From Eledone cirrhosa (lineage: Eukaryota), in the NCBI GenBank assembly GCA_964016885.1, contig OZ024740.1:213218001-213282000 (forward strand): a stretch of DNA of 64,000 nucleotides, read 5' to 3'. The translations under genes were made by a program, and so were the position numbers. Every line of letters starts with the position of its first letter. Position 1 is the stretch's first letter. Positions 49,630-62,900 of the stretch are shown one piece after another. The notes beneath the pieces are model-generated. The model made no database searches. It saw only the letters and a list, made by a program, of their open reading frames with translations, and was not told where the DNA came from.

Positions 49630-50828
49630 CATCATCATCACCATTTTACGTCCACTCTTCCATGCTAGCATGGGTTAGACGGGTTGTCCTGTTGTGGGCA
49701 GTGTCTGGTCGGCTGGCCATGCCTTGCTCATACAGGAACTGATTCTGGCTTGATTTCTACAGCTGGATGCCCTTCCTAACACCAACCTCATTTACAGTGA
49801 GTGCTGGGTGCTTTTCCGTGGCGCCTACACGTCCACTTTACAGTGTGGGCTGGGTGCTTTTTTGCCGTGGCACCTCCACGACCAAATTGCAGTGGGAGGG
49901 TGTGGGGGCATATTGTCTATATGCTTCATATTGTACCCATGGGAGGTCGGGTACTCTGTATTACTGCGTGATGCCAGAGGTCACACGTGTGCCATCGCCT
50001 TTGAGAGGTGTAATTGGGTAAGTCGGCTTTTATCACCTCATCCCAGGTCTTCTTGGGTCTCCCCACTCCGCGGTTTCCATCAACTTCTAGTGCTCTGCAC
50101 CTTTTTATGCAGCTGTCATCCTTCATACGCATCACATGTCCATACCAACGCAACCGCCTCTCCTGCATACTGCATTTGATTCCTCTTATGCTCAGTCTCT
50201 CTCTCAATTCATTTATGCTTTGCCGTTCGCGTATATTACTATTACACATCCATCGGAGCATGCAGGCTTCGTTTCTTTCTAATCTACGTAAGTCTTCCAT
50301 TTTCAGCACCCAGGTCTCACTACCATGTAACATCGCTGTTCGGATACACGTATCATACAGTCTGCCTTTCATTTTGAGGGAAAAGCTTTTTGCAGCTAGC
50401 AGTGGCAGTAGTTCCCTGAACTTCTTCCATCCCATTCTTTCTAATCTACGTAAGTCTTCCACTTTCAGCACCCAGGTCTCACTACCATGTAACATCGCTG
50501 TTCGGATACACGTATCATACAGTCTGCCTTTCATTTTGAGGGAAAAGCTTTTTGCAGCTAGCAGTGGCAGTAGTTCCCTGAACTTCTTCCATCCCATTCT
50601 TACCCTAGTTATTGTACTTTCTGAACTCCCACCTCTGCTGCTAATTCGGTCACCTAGGTAGCAGAAGCTGTCTACTGTTTCTACAGAGCCCTCTCAGAGA
50701 TTGGTGGTACTTGTTTCCTGTGGCTGTTTGATGCTTGCTGTCCCAGCACAGCTGCTACATGTGAAGCCTACATTCTTAATTAAGTTTCCTGAGATCCCGC
50801 TACATCTCGTGTACCCATTGCTTGCATT
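49630..50828 (-). mobile_element. RTE LINE 3' end with 3' UTR and (ATG)n tail, 162-bp internal tandem duplication
   Basis: ORF 49926-50597 repeats MGWKKFRELL...LRRLER twice, then continues to GRPKKTW. Confidence 0.9.
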
Positions 50829-50886
50829 ATATATATATATATATATATATGCAAAAGCACCACAGGTGCTCTCTTCCTGATGAAGT

Positions 50887-52420
50887 AGTTACAGGAAAAG
50901 TATCTAGCTAAAAGTAAGCCACTCTACCTGGCATTTGTTGATCTGGAGAAAGCTTTTGATAGAGTGCCCCGCACCATAATCTGGTGGGCTCTTAGAAAAC
51001 TAGGAGTAGATGAGTGGCTTGTGAAGGCTGTACAAGCCATGTATAGGGGAGCAGTCAGTAAAGTTAGGATTAACAATGAATATAGCGAGGAATTTAGCGT
51101 ACAGGTTAGCGTCCACCAGGTCTGTTCTTAGCCTTCTCCTGTTTATTTTCTTACACACATAGCTGAATTTATGGTGGAACTAGAGAAGAAATTCCAAACA
51201 GGGAAGCAAGGCCTAGAAACAAGGGGTCTTACAGTCAACCTGACAAAGACTAAGGTCCTTGTAAGTAGAAGAGAAAATAGAACCCAGATCCCCTCGGAGA
51301 AATGGCCTAGGTCAGTATGTAGAAAAGGTATAGGTAGAAATTCCATCCTCTGCTCCAAATGCAAACTATGGGTACACAAGAGATGTAGTGGGATCACAGA
51401 AAGTTTAGCTAAGAATGTAGGTTTTACATGTTGCAGTTGCGCCGAGACAGTAAGCAGCAAACAACCGCAGGGAACAAGTGCTATCAAATTCTGAGAGGGC
51501 TCGGTAGAAAGAGTAGTGAGCTTCTACTACCTGGGTGACCGAATTAGCAACGGAGTTGGATGTTTTGAAAGTACAGTAGCCAGAGTAAGAATGGGATGGA
51601 AGAAGTTCAGGGAGCTACTACAACTGATAGCTACAAAAGGCTTTTCCCTCAAAATGAAAGGCAGACTGTATGATGTGTGCATACGAATGGCAATGTTGGA
51701 TGGTAGTGAGACCTGGGCACTGTGTGCAGAAGACTTGCGTAGGTTGGAAAGAAACGAAGCTTACATGCTCTGATGGATGTATAATAGTAATATACATGAA
51801 CAGCAAAGCATAAACAAATTGAGAGAGAGACTAGGCATAAGAGGAATCAAATGCAGTATGCAGGAGAGGAGATTGCTTGGTATGGACATGTGATGCATAT
51901 AAAGGATGACAGCTGTGTAAAAAGATACAGAGCACTAAAAGTAGATGGAAGCTGTGGAGTGGGGGGGGGGGGGGGGACCAGGGAAGACTTGGGATAAAGT
52001 GATAAAAGCCGAACTTGCCCAATTGCACCTCTCAAAGGCGATGAGACAGGACCGAGATCTCTGGCATTACGCAGTAATAAAGAAGACCCAACTTCCCAAG
52101 GGCATAGGCTGAAGCTGAAGTATATATAGAGTATGTATCACCCCGCCCTCCCATACATCTCCCACGAGGACAGGCCAAAGTATACATCCAGTGAAGCCCT
52201 CAGCCCACACTGTAAAGTGGTTGTATAGGTGTCACAAGAAAAAGCACCCAGTACTCACTGTAAATGAGGTTGAATAAGGAAGGGCATCCGGCTGTAGAAA
52301 CCAAGCCAAAATTAGTTCTGTATGAGCAAGTCTCGGTCGCCTGACCCAATTTTCCTCAAATAGGATAACCCATCTAACCCATGCTAGCATGGAAAGCGGA
52401 CATTAAATGATGTTGATAAT
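50887..52420 (+). mobile_element. RTE LINE 3' half, decayed, with 3' UTR
   Basis: QEKYLAKSKPLYLAFVDLEKAFD through the Cys finger and the C-terminus, then the shared tail. Confidence 0.9.
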
Positions 52421-52433
52421 GATATATATAGAG

Positions 52434-52480
<47 letters not shown>

Positions 52481-52769
52481 TACATACATACAGATACATA
52501 CAATTTCTTTTACATCATGGTCCGCTGTTAATGGCTTTGAAAACCTCTCTATTGTTATGTGTGTGTGAGCAGATGTTTTTATAGTTGAGTGAGCATGTTC
52601 ATATCAGCTCATCAAATATAAAGGTGTGCCACATACCTTTTAGTTGGATAGCCATAGGAAAACATTACTGAGTTCAAAACTGTTATGAATGGCTTCAGAC
52701 ATTTTATGAAGGAAGTTTTAAGTACAGAGTGAAGGGTTTATGACCTTCAACTTCTCAGCATTTGATCCT

Positions 52770-53072
52770 AGCAAAAGTTTCAATTTCTTACTATTTGATA
52801 CAAGCAGAAGTTTTAACTTCATACCATTTGATCCAAGTTTTAACTTCTTATACAAGCAGAAGTTTTAACTTCCTACTCATGCTAGCGTGGAAGATGGACA
52901 TTAAACAATGATGATGATGAACCATTTGATCCTAGTAGAAGTTTCACCTTTTTACCATTTGATACAAGCAGAAGTTTCAACTTCTCACCATTTGATCCAA
53001 GCAGAAGTTTTAACTTCTCACCATCTGATCCTAGCAGAAGTTTTAACTTCTCACCATTTGATACAAGCAGAA
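52770..53072. repeat. 33-bp minisatellite interrupted by an RTE/SINE tail
   Basis: Repeated ccatttgat(a/c)caagcagaagttttaacttctca. Confidence 0.7.
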
Positions 53073-53159
53073 ATTAAATATATCTCTCAGTAGAAAATAA
53101 TAGGAGGGAGAATAAGTGGGGACGTGGAATAAGCTGGAGGGGTGGGTGGAATATGCAGG

Positions 53160-53660
53160 TGGAGTTGGAATAAGTTTAGAGAACTGCTCCCACTGCTGAC
53201 AACAAACAACTTCTCCCTATGTACAAAACGAAATCTGTATGATGCCTGTGTGCAGTGCGTAATGGTGCATGTTAGTGAAACGTGACCACAGAGGACATGG
53301 GTAGACAGGAGAGAAATGAAACAACAATGTTTCATTGGATGTGCAATGAAAATGTAAGAGAAAAACAGAGCTTGGATGAACTGAGGGAGAAACTGGGTTT
53401 AAGAGGAATTTGAGATGGTGTGCAGGAGAGAAGACTGCATTGGTATGGACATGTGATGTGCATGGACAATGACAGATGGGTGAAGAAATGCCAGGAAATC
53501 CCAGTGGAAGGAAATTGCAATAGAGAACGACCAAGAAAGACCTGGGCAGAGGCTGTGAGAGCAGACCTCACGACACTAAGACTGGCAGAGGAGATGACGA
53601 AAGAACACGACAAGTGGAGAGATGCCGTGCTGAGTAGAACCTGTCTAACCCATGCAAGCA
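53160..53660 (+). mobile_element. Decayed RTE 3' fragment
   Basis: QERRLHWYGHVM...RPRKTWAEAV. Confidence 0.75.
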
Positions 53661-54477
53661 TGGGTTAGACAGGTCCTACTCTATCGAGTAACGTTACTGT
53701 AAAGAACCTTCGGAGGAATCACATTTTGGCCACTTGTAATTCATGATTGTATTCTTTTGGTCATTACTCAAGATTCATGACCATAGATATCAATGGTTGA
53801 CATAAAAATATTTCATGAACCTCACAAAAGAGATGACACAGGACCAAGATGGTTGGAGTTATGCCACAATACAAAAGACCCATCCAGCTGTACAAGTGAG
53901 GGACCAGAGATTAGTGTTTGGCAATCAAATGGAGACTATAAGATTTGAGAAAACTCATCAGTCTGTCCAAGCATGTGATAACCTCACTACTGCTGATGAC
54001 ATAATAAAATCCACTCAATACACTCTGTAAAGTAGTTGACATTAGGAAGGGCATCTAGCTGTAAAAACCATGCCAAATATGGAAGATATGAGTAAAATGA
54101 GGTCACTCTGACCTGGCTAGACTAGGATCATAACAACCTGTACAACCCATGCTAATGTGGAAAGTAGGCATAAGATGATGGTGATGATGATGAATACTTT
54201 TATCAAAACAACTGATAGTTCTACTAAATTTCTTAATTTCAATTTAATGGACATATTTTATCCTCTAAGACATATTTTATGCAGTGTATTGTACACAACT
54301 TTTCCTACTATATAACAAATTTATTTTTTAAATGTTTCTTGACTAAAGATAGGAACAAAAGAGCACAATGAAAAAATAATTTTTTTTTTTTTTTATGTCT
54401 TACAGAAGTTGTATTCAGAAAAAACTGTGTCAGGCAGTTGTAACAGACAGTGGTTTGATTTTTACTTTTACAGCTGA

Positions 54478-54885
54478 ATCATGGGTAATGACTGAAAGAA
54501 TATGATCGTGAATACAAGCAGCTGAAATGGGATTCCTCCAAAGGGTCTTTGGAGTAATGTTACTCAATAGAGTGCGTAGTTCGGATATCAGAGTGTCACT
54601 CCAGGTAGAGCCGCTACTTCTCCGAATTGAGAGATCACAGCTCTGATATTATGGGGGTAGTGGTTAGAATGTCTCAGTAAAGAATCAGAATCACTGGACA
54701 GATTTTACGGGCAAAACCAACCGTCAGGAGACCCAGGGGTAGACTCCGAGCAAGATGGTTGGATGAGCTTGGCTGGTCTCGCTTGGGGATCCAGCTGGAT
54801 CAATTGGAGGTGGCTGCTTCTGACAGGAGATGCTGAAAGGAGTGTTTGAGGACTCTTCCACCATGACTCTCTCAGGAATAAGTGG
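54478..54885 (+). mobile_element. Second RTE family 3' fragment
   Basis: Matches 14610-15030. Confidence 0.8.
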
Positions 54886-55045
54886 AGACAGCTAACCGTT
54901 ATTTTAAAGAAAAAATAACTAAATAAATAATTGAAATTCTATTAATATTCTTAAATTAGATAGATATCTTTGAATAAAATTAAACAGTAGTAAAAATGTG
55001 TAAACAAATTAGATGTAATAATCTTTAATTATAGATGCAGACATA

Positions 55046-55770
55046 AGGGCAGTGGATTTGCAGAATTGTTAGACCATTGGGTAAAATGCTTTGTGGCATT
55101 TATTCAGGTCTTTACATTGAGTACAAATCCCACCAAAGTTAGCTTTGCTTTTCATCCCAATAGAGTCCGTAAATTAGAGTACCAGTAATATAGTGTGTTT
55201 GATTTAATCAACTTTCCCCTCCCCCAAGTTGTTGGCCTTGTACCTAAATCAGAGACCATTAAAGGAACAGGAATGGCTGTGTGGTTAAGAAATTAATTTT
55301 GCCAGCACATGGTGATAGATTGAATTTGCCAGTGTGACACATTGGGCAAGGGTCTTCAATTATAGTTATGTGCCAATCAATGCTTTGTGATGGGATTTAT
55401 AGACAGAAACTGTACAGATGGCTGTCATATATGTATATCTTATTTGTCTTGATGACTAAGGACTGCAATGAATGGTAGGATCATGTGCTGCAAAAGACCT
55501 GTCCAACCTATACAAGCCTGGATAAATGGTTGTTAACTTGTTCTTTTATAATAATAATTTCTAATTTAGGGACAATGCCAATGATTTTAGGGGAAAGTCG
55601 ATCAAATCGACCTCAGTGCTTTATTGGTACTTTATATTATCTTCCCTGTAAGGATGAAAGGCAAAGCTAACCTCGGCAGGATTTGAACTCAGAACGTAAA
55701 GAGCCACAACTATATGCTGCAAAGCATGGTGTTTGACACTCTACCGATTCTGCCAATCCACCGCCCTCTT
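55046..55770. mobile_element. SINE family B copies in opposite orientations (55046-55255 +, 55555-55770 -)
   Basis: Match to the 9840-10035 copy and its reverse complement. Confidence 0.65.
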
Positions 55771-55898
55771 TTATAATAAAAAAATTCTAATTTAAGCATA
55801 AGGCCAATGATTTGTGGGAAGAGGAAAGTTGATTATATCTGAAATGTATAAAGCAAATATAGGCTAACTATAAGATGATTTTGCTGTTGTTGTCTTCC

Positions 55899-56228
55899 TT
55901 AACTCTTTAGTTAACAAACCAGTCAAAACCAGCTCTGGTTCTATGAAATAAAACCACCCATTTTAAAGGTTTCCAATTTAAATTAAAATCTTCCAACATA
56001 ATTTTATATAAGAACCCTACATTCAGTTACTATTTTAGTAACAAAATAATTAATTTTACTTTTCAAAATTCTTCATTAATTAATTAAAATAGTGTATTTC
56101 TTTAGAAATGTGGTCATGAAAGAGTTAGTAATGAAATAATTAATAATTTTAGTAAATCCCCTGAAATTCTTCATCAATTAATTAAAATAGAGTGTATTTC
56201 ATTAGAAATGTGGTAATGAAAGGGTTAA
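55899..56228. mobile_element. piggyBac-type MITE, family 2, with duplicated right portion
   Basis: Similar to 32281-32508, TTAA ends. Confidence 0.65.
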
Positions 56229-56539
56229 ACTTACATTTCATTGTTTAATTAATCTGATTTATGTAGTAAATTAGACACATACTTCTGGTTATAACAGGAG
56301 AGAGAGAGAGATTGTAATATATGTATATTAGATAAGGAAATTTATTCCAGAAATAACACAAGAGAAATTGTCTAGATATCATAGAAATAAAGAATTATTA
56401 ATATAATACAGAACATAAAATAGTAAATCAATGCCTTTTATATTTACAACTCTCTCTCCCTACCACCACATACAGACACACCTTTGAAGAAACACAAACC
56501 CAATATTCCATTGGAGCCAACTGTAAAGACAACAATAAA

Positions 56540-57165
56540 GCCATGAAGATATGAAGATACAGAAGAAATTATTAAAAAGTCTCTCTAACAACATCATGAA
56601 TATACAGAAGAAATTATTAAAAAGTCTCTCTAACAACGTCATGAAGATACAGAAGAAATGTTTAAAAAGTCTCTCTAACAACGTCATGAATATACAGAAG
56701 AAATGTTTAAAAAGTCTCTCTAACAACATCATGAAGATACAGAAGAAATGTTTAAAAAGTCTCTCTAACAATGTCATGAAGATACAGAAGAAATGTTTAA
56801 AAAGTCTCTCTAACAACGTCATAAAGATACAGAAGAAATGTTTAAAAAGTCTCTCTAGCAACATCATGAAGATACAGAAGAAATGATTAAAAAGTCTCTA
56901 ACAACATCATGAAGATACAGAAGAAATGATTAAAAAGTCTCTAACAACATCATGAAGATACAGAAGAAATGTTTAAAAAGTCTCTCTAACAACGTCATAA
57001 AGGTACAGAAGAAATGTTTAAAAAGTCTCTCTAGCAACATCATGAAGATACAGAAGAAATTTTTAAAAAGTCTCTAACAACATCATGAAGATACAGAAGA
57101 AATTATTAAAAAGTTTCTAACAACATCATGAAGATACAGAAGAAATGTTTAAAAAGTCTCTAAAA
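56540..57165. repeat. 45/43-bp minisatellite, ~14 copies
   Basis: Unit atgaagatacagaagaaatgtttaaaaagtctctctaacaacatc. Confidence 0.92.
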
Positions 57166-57468
57166 ATGCCATATCTGTGAGAGAAGCCAGATTAGGAAAG
57201 ATTGATTCCAAAGTAAAGAAAAGAACAAAATCCCAATTGAAAATGCCATAGAATTGGTGAGAAGAGTTTCACCTCAAGAGAGAGAGACACCATATGTGAT
57301 AGGAAGTAGACATACAGCACCTTCTTATCTAAGGCCATTGCTAATAGAGGACATATAGGATGGTTTAGTTTGTTTCTAGCCTTACAGCATTATGGCCTAA
57401 AATATAAATCATTGAAAACATTCTCTCTCTCTGTGGATGTGTGTGTGTTTACATAAACAATACAATAT

Positions 57469-57548
57469 AATTATTCCATTACCAAAGGTTTCAGGAAACT
57501 AGACAATCATTACAGAAACGTCCAGCTCGTTCATCAGATGAAATAGTT
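57469..57548 (-). ncRNA. Type I hammerhead ribozyme motif, same strand as the CDK gene
   Basis: Minus strand: aactatttcat-CTGATGA-acgagctggacg...tgtctagtttcct-GAAA-cctttgg-TA-atggaataatt. 10 of 11 stem I positions pair, GUA triplet. Confidence 0.62.
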
Positions 57549-57675
57549 ATACATAGAGCACTCTTCTTTCTTTTACCTTTTCTACGGAAATACTTAACAC
57601 ACACACACACACACACACACATATTGTAACAAAGATGTTCTATATTTTTACCTCCACGACAGACAGTTAATTGTA

Positions 57676-58108
57676 CCATCTACAAATGTCTTGGAACAAC
57701 TCCGAAAACAGGTCCAGAAAGTCTGGAAGATTGGGTACTGCACAATGATAACACGCCTGCTCACACAGAACTTTTAATTAGAGAATTTCTGGAGAAGAAA
57801 AACATTCCCCCCTCTTCCACATCCTCCCTACAGCCCAGGTATAGATCCTGTGATTTTTAACTCTTCCCTAAGTTGAAATCAAAGTTGAAGGGTCATCATT
57901 TTGGGACTGTAGAAAACAGAAATATTGTAACCGATGAGTTAAAAACACTGAAAGAAAAAGACTTCTAGTACTGCAATGGAAAAAACATTGGAACCACTGT
58001 GTAACTTCCCAAGGATCGTATTTTGAAGGAGATATCTTGTAACTTCATGTACATCTAATATAGATCTAAATAAAACATCAGTACCTTACTTTTGGGACAA
58101 ACCTCGTA
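57676..58108 (+). mobile_element. Mariner transposase 3' fragment with right TIR
   Basis: WVLHNDNTPAH...EFLEKKNI..LPHPPYSP...PCDF.LFPKLKSKLKGHHF. Ends ...tacttttgggacaaacctcg|TA. Confidence 0.85.
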
Positions 58109-58384
58109 TAGTGGTAGTTTCTGGGATGAAACTTACATCTCAAATGATATGTAATTCTTTGAAACATCATCATCATCATCATTGACCCTGTATTACTCAT
58201 ATACAGAATGAAATTCAAGGAAAGGCATTAGATTCCCTAAAAAATACAAAACTGTTAAATGAAATAAGTACATTATCCACCACTCAAAATATAGACCCAG
58301 GATTATTTTGCATTGGAATGCTAGACACCAAACTAGATAAATATTAAGTTCTATATGAATTCACTATTTCATATATGAAATAAT

Positions 58385-58602
58385 GATTTCTGATTTAGAT
58401 ACAAGGTCAATATTTTTGAGAGGAGGGGAATGTCGATTAAATTGACCCTAGTGCACTACTGGTACTTTAATTTTATCAAGCTCGTAAGGATGAAAGACAA
58501 AGCTAACTTCGGCGAGATTTGAACTAATAACATAAAGGGACGTAAATCTATACTACAAAGCATATTGTCCGACCATCTACCAATTCTACCAATCCACCGC
58601 CC
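58385..58602 (-). mobile_element. SINE family B, diverged
   Basis: Reverse-complement match to the family B core and head. Confidence 0.65.
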
Positions 58603-59461
58603 TTTTCATACAAGAAATAATAGCTTCATAGTTGAACAAAAATAGATAAGTTTTCTCACATCCAAGTAAATTAATGCCAGAGTGGAGTATATATTCACAG
58701 AACTACAGCATCAAAGAATTCTGATGCCTAGATTATTCCTAAAGTTGCCATGATATTATCTACAAAAACAAGTGTACTTTTTTTTAATAGCATTCTAAAA
58801 TTACTTTTGAAGTTGGAGTAGCAAATTCTGATTCTATTAAGTAATATGAGCCACCATCAGCATTTGTGAAGTAGCCACAGTGTAAGAGTTTATTGCAAAT
58901 ATAAGGATATTAAAATACAACTTGGAGCACCACTTATTTTGAGAACAAAACACTTTTATTTGCCTTACTTAACAAAAGGTGTTCAGTTTCCATTTCAAGA
59001 GTTTCACTAAAACAATACAAACTGTAGCACAATATAATTCTATAATCAACAGTGGAGGCTGGTAATCTAAAACAAATCTTGAATATATTTCCTATATGAC
59101 CAGCCAGTACCTGCCCTATCTGTTAAGTAGGTCAAAAATGGAAAAAAAGAACAACTTCACATCAATATAAGCTACAAAGATAAATCTAGCTTGAATATTT
59201 TACATGTATTGTTGATATCTAACATGTTGGTATGAAGTGTTATGCACTGTCTCCTCACCTATCCCTAGTCATTGAGTTTCTTAACCCCTACACTTGCTTA
59301 GGTCATAATAACCTTATATCAAAGCTCACCAACCTTATTCATCTTTACAAAATATTAACATGTAAATTGTTGATGTATTTAATTCTCAATAACATTTTTA
59401 ACAAATTCAAATTTTGACTTGGTTCCAATGTTAATGTGCTAATTCTTTATAGTACTTCTGG

Positions 59462-59632
59462 CTTCTCTAATAACTTCACTAACATGTAACTTCTCTAATA
59501 ACTTCACTAACATGTAGTAACTTCTCTAATAACTTCACTAACATGTAGTAACTTCTCTAATAACTTCACTAACATGTAGTAACTTCTCTAATAACATCAC
59601 TATCATGTAGTAACTTCTCTAATAACTTTACT
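59462..59632. repeat. ~31-bp tandem repeat, ~5.5 copies
   Basis: Repeated cttctctaataacttcactaacatgtagtaa. Confidence 0.85.
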
Positions 59633-59947
59633 GACCAGTCCTTCACTAACATAGAGAAGCATTTTTCAAATATTTTGTTGATTATTTCTTCTCTATTATT
59701 CCAAGATAAAATCGAAACCCAAGAGAGCAACTAGAAAGATCAGGACTGTTGAAGGTGAAATACTTAAATACTCATTCAATACACAGCATGAAAACATGAA
59801 CAAAGAAATGGTTTAAGAAGGAAAAGTTCTGAGGGTGAAGGAATTTAAACAAGTAGAAGATGTAGGAAATAAGATGAACTAGGGATAACAAATAGAAATG
59901 GATATGTTGGTGTGATGGTGTCACAAAACAAACAAGTAAAAAGTAAG

Positions 59948-62900
59948 AGTACAGGAGTTGTTGTTACCATATCTCTAACAAAATATACTGTACTTCAATG
60001 GAAGAAGGAGTACAGGAGATATCAACCCTTTTGTTACCATATCTCCAATGAAATATACTGTACTTCAATGGAAGTAGGAGTACAGGAGATATCAACCCTT
60101 TTGTTACCATATCTCTAACAAAATATACTGTACTTCAATGGAAGTAGCAGTACAGGAGATATCAACCCTTTTGTTACCATATCTCTAATTAAATATACTG
60201 TACTTCAATGGAAGTAGGAGTACAGGAGATATCAACCCTTTTGTTACCATATCTCTAACAAAATATACTGTACTTCAATGGAAGTAGGAGTACAGGAGAT
60301 ATCAACCCTTTTGTTACCATATCTCTAACAAAATATACTGTACTTCAATGGAAGTAGCAGTACAGGAGATATCAACCCTTTTGTTACCATATCTCTAATT
60401 AAATATACTGTACTTCAATGGAAGTAGGAGTACAGGAGATATCAACCCTTTTGTTACCATATCTCTAACAAAATATACTGTACTTCAATGGAAGTAGGAG
60501 TACAGGAGATATCAACCCTTTTGTTACCATATCTCTAACAAAATATACTGTACTTCAATGAAAGAAAGAGTACAGGAGATATCAACCCTTTTGTTACCAT
60601 ATCTCCAATGAAATATACTGTACTTCAATGGAAGTAAGAGTACAGGAGATATCAACCCTTTTGTTACCATATCTCTAACAAAATATACTGTACTTCAATG
60701 GAAGTAGCAGTACAGGAGATATCAACCCTTTTGTTACCATATCTCTAATTAAATATACTGTACTTCAATGGAAGTAGGAGTACAGGAGATATCAACCCTT
60801 TTGTTACCACATCTCTAACAAAATATACTGTACTTCAATGGAAGTAGGAGTACAGGAGATATCAACCCTTTTGTTACCATATCTCTAACAAAATATACTG
60901 TACTTCAATGAAAGAAGGAGTACAGGAGATATCAACCCTTTTGTTACCATATCTCCAATGAAATATACTGTACTTCAATGGAAGTAAGAGTACAGGAGAT
61001 ATCAACCCTTTTGTTACCATATCTCCAATGAAATATACTGTACTTCAATGGAAGTAGGAGTACAGGAGATATCAACCCTTTTGTTACCATATCTCTAACA
61101 AAATATACTGTACTTCAATGGAAGTAGGAGTACAGGAGATATCAACCCTTTTGTTACCATATCTCTAACAAAATATACTGTACTTCAATGGAAGTAGGAG
61201 TACAGGAGATATCAACCCTTTTGTTACCATATCTCTAACAAAATATACTGTACTTCAATGGAAGTAGCAGTACAGGAGATATCAACCCTTTTGTTACCAT
61301 ATCTCTAATTAAATATACTGTACTTCAATGGAAGTAGGAGTACAGGAGATATGAGTACAGGAGATATCAACCCTTTTGTTACCATATCTCTAACAAAATA
61401 TACTGTACTTCAATGAAAGAAGGAGTACAGGAGATATGAGTACAGGAGATATCAACCCTTTTGTTACCATATCTCCAATGAAATATACTGTACTTCAATG
61501 GAAGTAGGAGTACAGGAGATATCAACCCTTTTGTTATCATATCTCCAATGAAATATACTGTACTTCAATGGAAGTAGGAGTACAGGAGATATCAACCCTT
61601 TTGTTACCATATCTCTAACAAAATATACTGTACTTCAATGAAAGAAGGAGTACAGGAGATATCAACCCTTTTGTTACCATATCTCCAATGAAATATACTG
61701 TACTTCAATGGAAGTAGGAGTACAGGAGATATCAACCCTTTTGTTACTATATCTCTAATGAAATATACTGTACTTCAATGGAAGTAGGAGTACAGGAGAT
61801 ATCAACCCTTTTGTTACCATATCTCCAATGAAATATACTGTACTTCAATGGAAGTAGGAGTACAGGAGATATCAACCCTTTTGTTACTATATCTCTAACA
61901 AAATATACTGTACTTCAATGGAAGTAGGAGTACAGGAGATATCAACCCTTTTGTTACCATATCTCTAACAAAATATACTGTACTTCAATGGAATTAGTAC
62001 AGGAGATATCAACCCTTTTGTTACTATATCTCTAATGAAATATACTGTACTTCAATGGAAGTAGGAGTACAGGAGATATCAACCCTTTTGTTACTATATC
62101 TCTAACAAAATATACTGTACTTCAATGGAAGTAGGAGTACAGGAGATATCAACCCTTTTGTTACCATATCTCTAACAAAATATACTGTACTTCAATGAAA
62201 GAAGGAGTACAGGAGATATCAACCCTTTTGTTACCATATCTCCAATGAAATATACTGTACTTCAATGGAAGTAAGAGTACAGGAGATATCAACCCTTTTG
62301 TTACCATATCTCTAACAAAATATACTGTACTTCAATGGAAGTAGCAGTACAGGAGATATCAACCCTTTTGTTACCATATCTCTAATTAAATATACTGTAC
62401 TTCAATGGAAGTAGGAGTACAGGAGATATCAACCCTTTTGTTACCACATCTCTAACAAAATATACTGTACTTCAATGGAAGTAGGAGTACAGGAGATATC
62501 AACCCTTTTGTTACCATATCTCTAACAAAATATACTGTACTTCAATGAAAGAAGGAGTACAGGAGATATCAACCCTTTTGTTACCATATCTCCAATGAAA
62601 TATACTGTACTTCAATGGAAGTAAGAGTACAGGAGATATCAACCCTTTTGTTACCATATCTCCAATGAAATATACTGTACTTCAATGGAAGTAGGAGTAC
62701 AGGAGATATCAACCCTTTTGTTACCATATCTCCAATGAAATATACTGTACTTCAATGGAAGTAGGAGTACAGGAGATATCAACCCTTTTGTTACCATGTC
62801 TCTAACAAAATATACTGTACTTCAATGGAAGTAGGAGTACAGGAGATATCAACCCTTTTGTTACCATATCTCTAACAAAATATACTGTACTTCAATGAAA

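Noticed and set aside
56460-56886. Repeat-protein ORFs on both strands
   Set aside because: By-product of a 45-bp minisatellite. The frame is lost in the 43-bp units.
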